From: Elusimicrobia bacterium CG03_land_8_20_14_0_80_50_18
GTDB lineage: Bacteria; CG03
Reading direction: 5' to 3'
Assembly: GCA_002780705.1 (NCBI GenBank)
Contig: PEUP01000024.1
Coordinates: 1,640-35,136 of the forward strand
Length of the DNA stretch: 33,497 nt
Shown here: positions 33,289 to 33,497 of the stretch, one piece after another
Numbering within the stretch: the first letter of the stretch is position 1
Layout: each line of letters opens with the position of its first letter
Notes under the pieces: generated by a model
What the model was told of the DNA's origin: nothing
Database searches by the model: none
What the model saw: only the letters and a program-made list of their open reading frames with translations
Translations under genes and position numbers: made by a program

Positions 33289-33335
33289 TAGTCAATGTGT
33301 TTCCCGCCCTTGCGGGTTTCTATGGAGAAATATAA

Positions 33336-33497
33336 ATGCAGTCAGAAAACGATAATTTAAAAGATTTGAAAATAGCGCTCGGAAGGCAGGTCACAGACCT
33401 GCATAAAAGACAGCAAGAGGAAACATCCCGTCTCAGGGAAAAAATAGAATCCCTCGAAAAAAGCAGGGCGTATCTTCAGGCCCGCGCGTCAATAGAA
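33336..33497 (+). CDS. Partial CDS (5' end only), coiled-coil-like hypothetical protein
   Basis: The ATG at 33336 lies 8 nt after GGAG. It is open for 54 codons to the window edge (MQSENDNLKDLKIALGRQVTDLHKRQQEETSRLREKIESLEKSRAYLQARASIE). It is too short to appear in the ORF track. Confidence 0.5.
   Translation, partial: MQSENDNLKDLKIALGRQVTDLHKRQQEETSRLREKIESLEKSRAYLQARASIE

Overview
This is a 33.5-kb chromosomal segment from an unidentified bacterium. I cannot place the taxon from sequence alone. The LspA, FtsEX-EnvC and YibQ content suggests a diderm-type envelope. The window is densely coding: I support 34 CDS and found no rRNA, tRNA, CRISPR array, transposase or integrase. Most genes are core housekeeping. 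On the + strand these are deaD, thiL-tsaE-tsaB/rimI-hisG-gltX-DUF1844, and a membrane glycosyltransferase-like gene followed by a methyltransferase. On the - strand they are rluD, proC-(small membrane protein)-mtnA-ileS-lspA, a B12/radical-SAM gene, and an 11-gene tightly overlapping block (DUF5693-like, csaB, ftsE, ftsX, envC, ctpA, yibQ, tsaD, glmU N-domain, prs) preceded by udp. Two small A+T-richer accessory modules are present. One is a Phd/YefM-RelE/ParE type II toxin-antitoxin pair (1045-1570). The other is an AbiEi/AbiEii type IV toxin-antitoxin / abortive-infection pair (3456-5124). The items most worth a second look are these: (1) the AbiE cassette is bracketed by three copies of an 84-bp element whose 55-nt core folds as a three-way junction; (2) tsaB and rimI are fused into one 710-aa ORF through a roughly 330-aa coiled-coil and acidic insert; (3) a perfect 16-bp A8/T6-flanked hairpin with a 22-bp tandem duplication lies in a divergent intergenic region where no gene ends; (4) the FtsE homologue has substituted catalytic positions; (5) csaB plus a large DUF5693-like membrane protein are translationally coupled to ftsEX-envC-ctpA-yibQ; (6) glmU has only the uridyltransferase domain. 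I see no clear multi-gene novel system. All family calls come from motif recognition by eye, not from searches.
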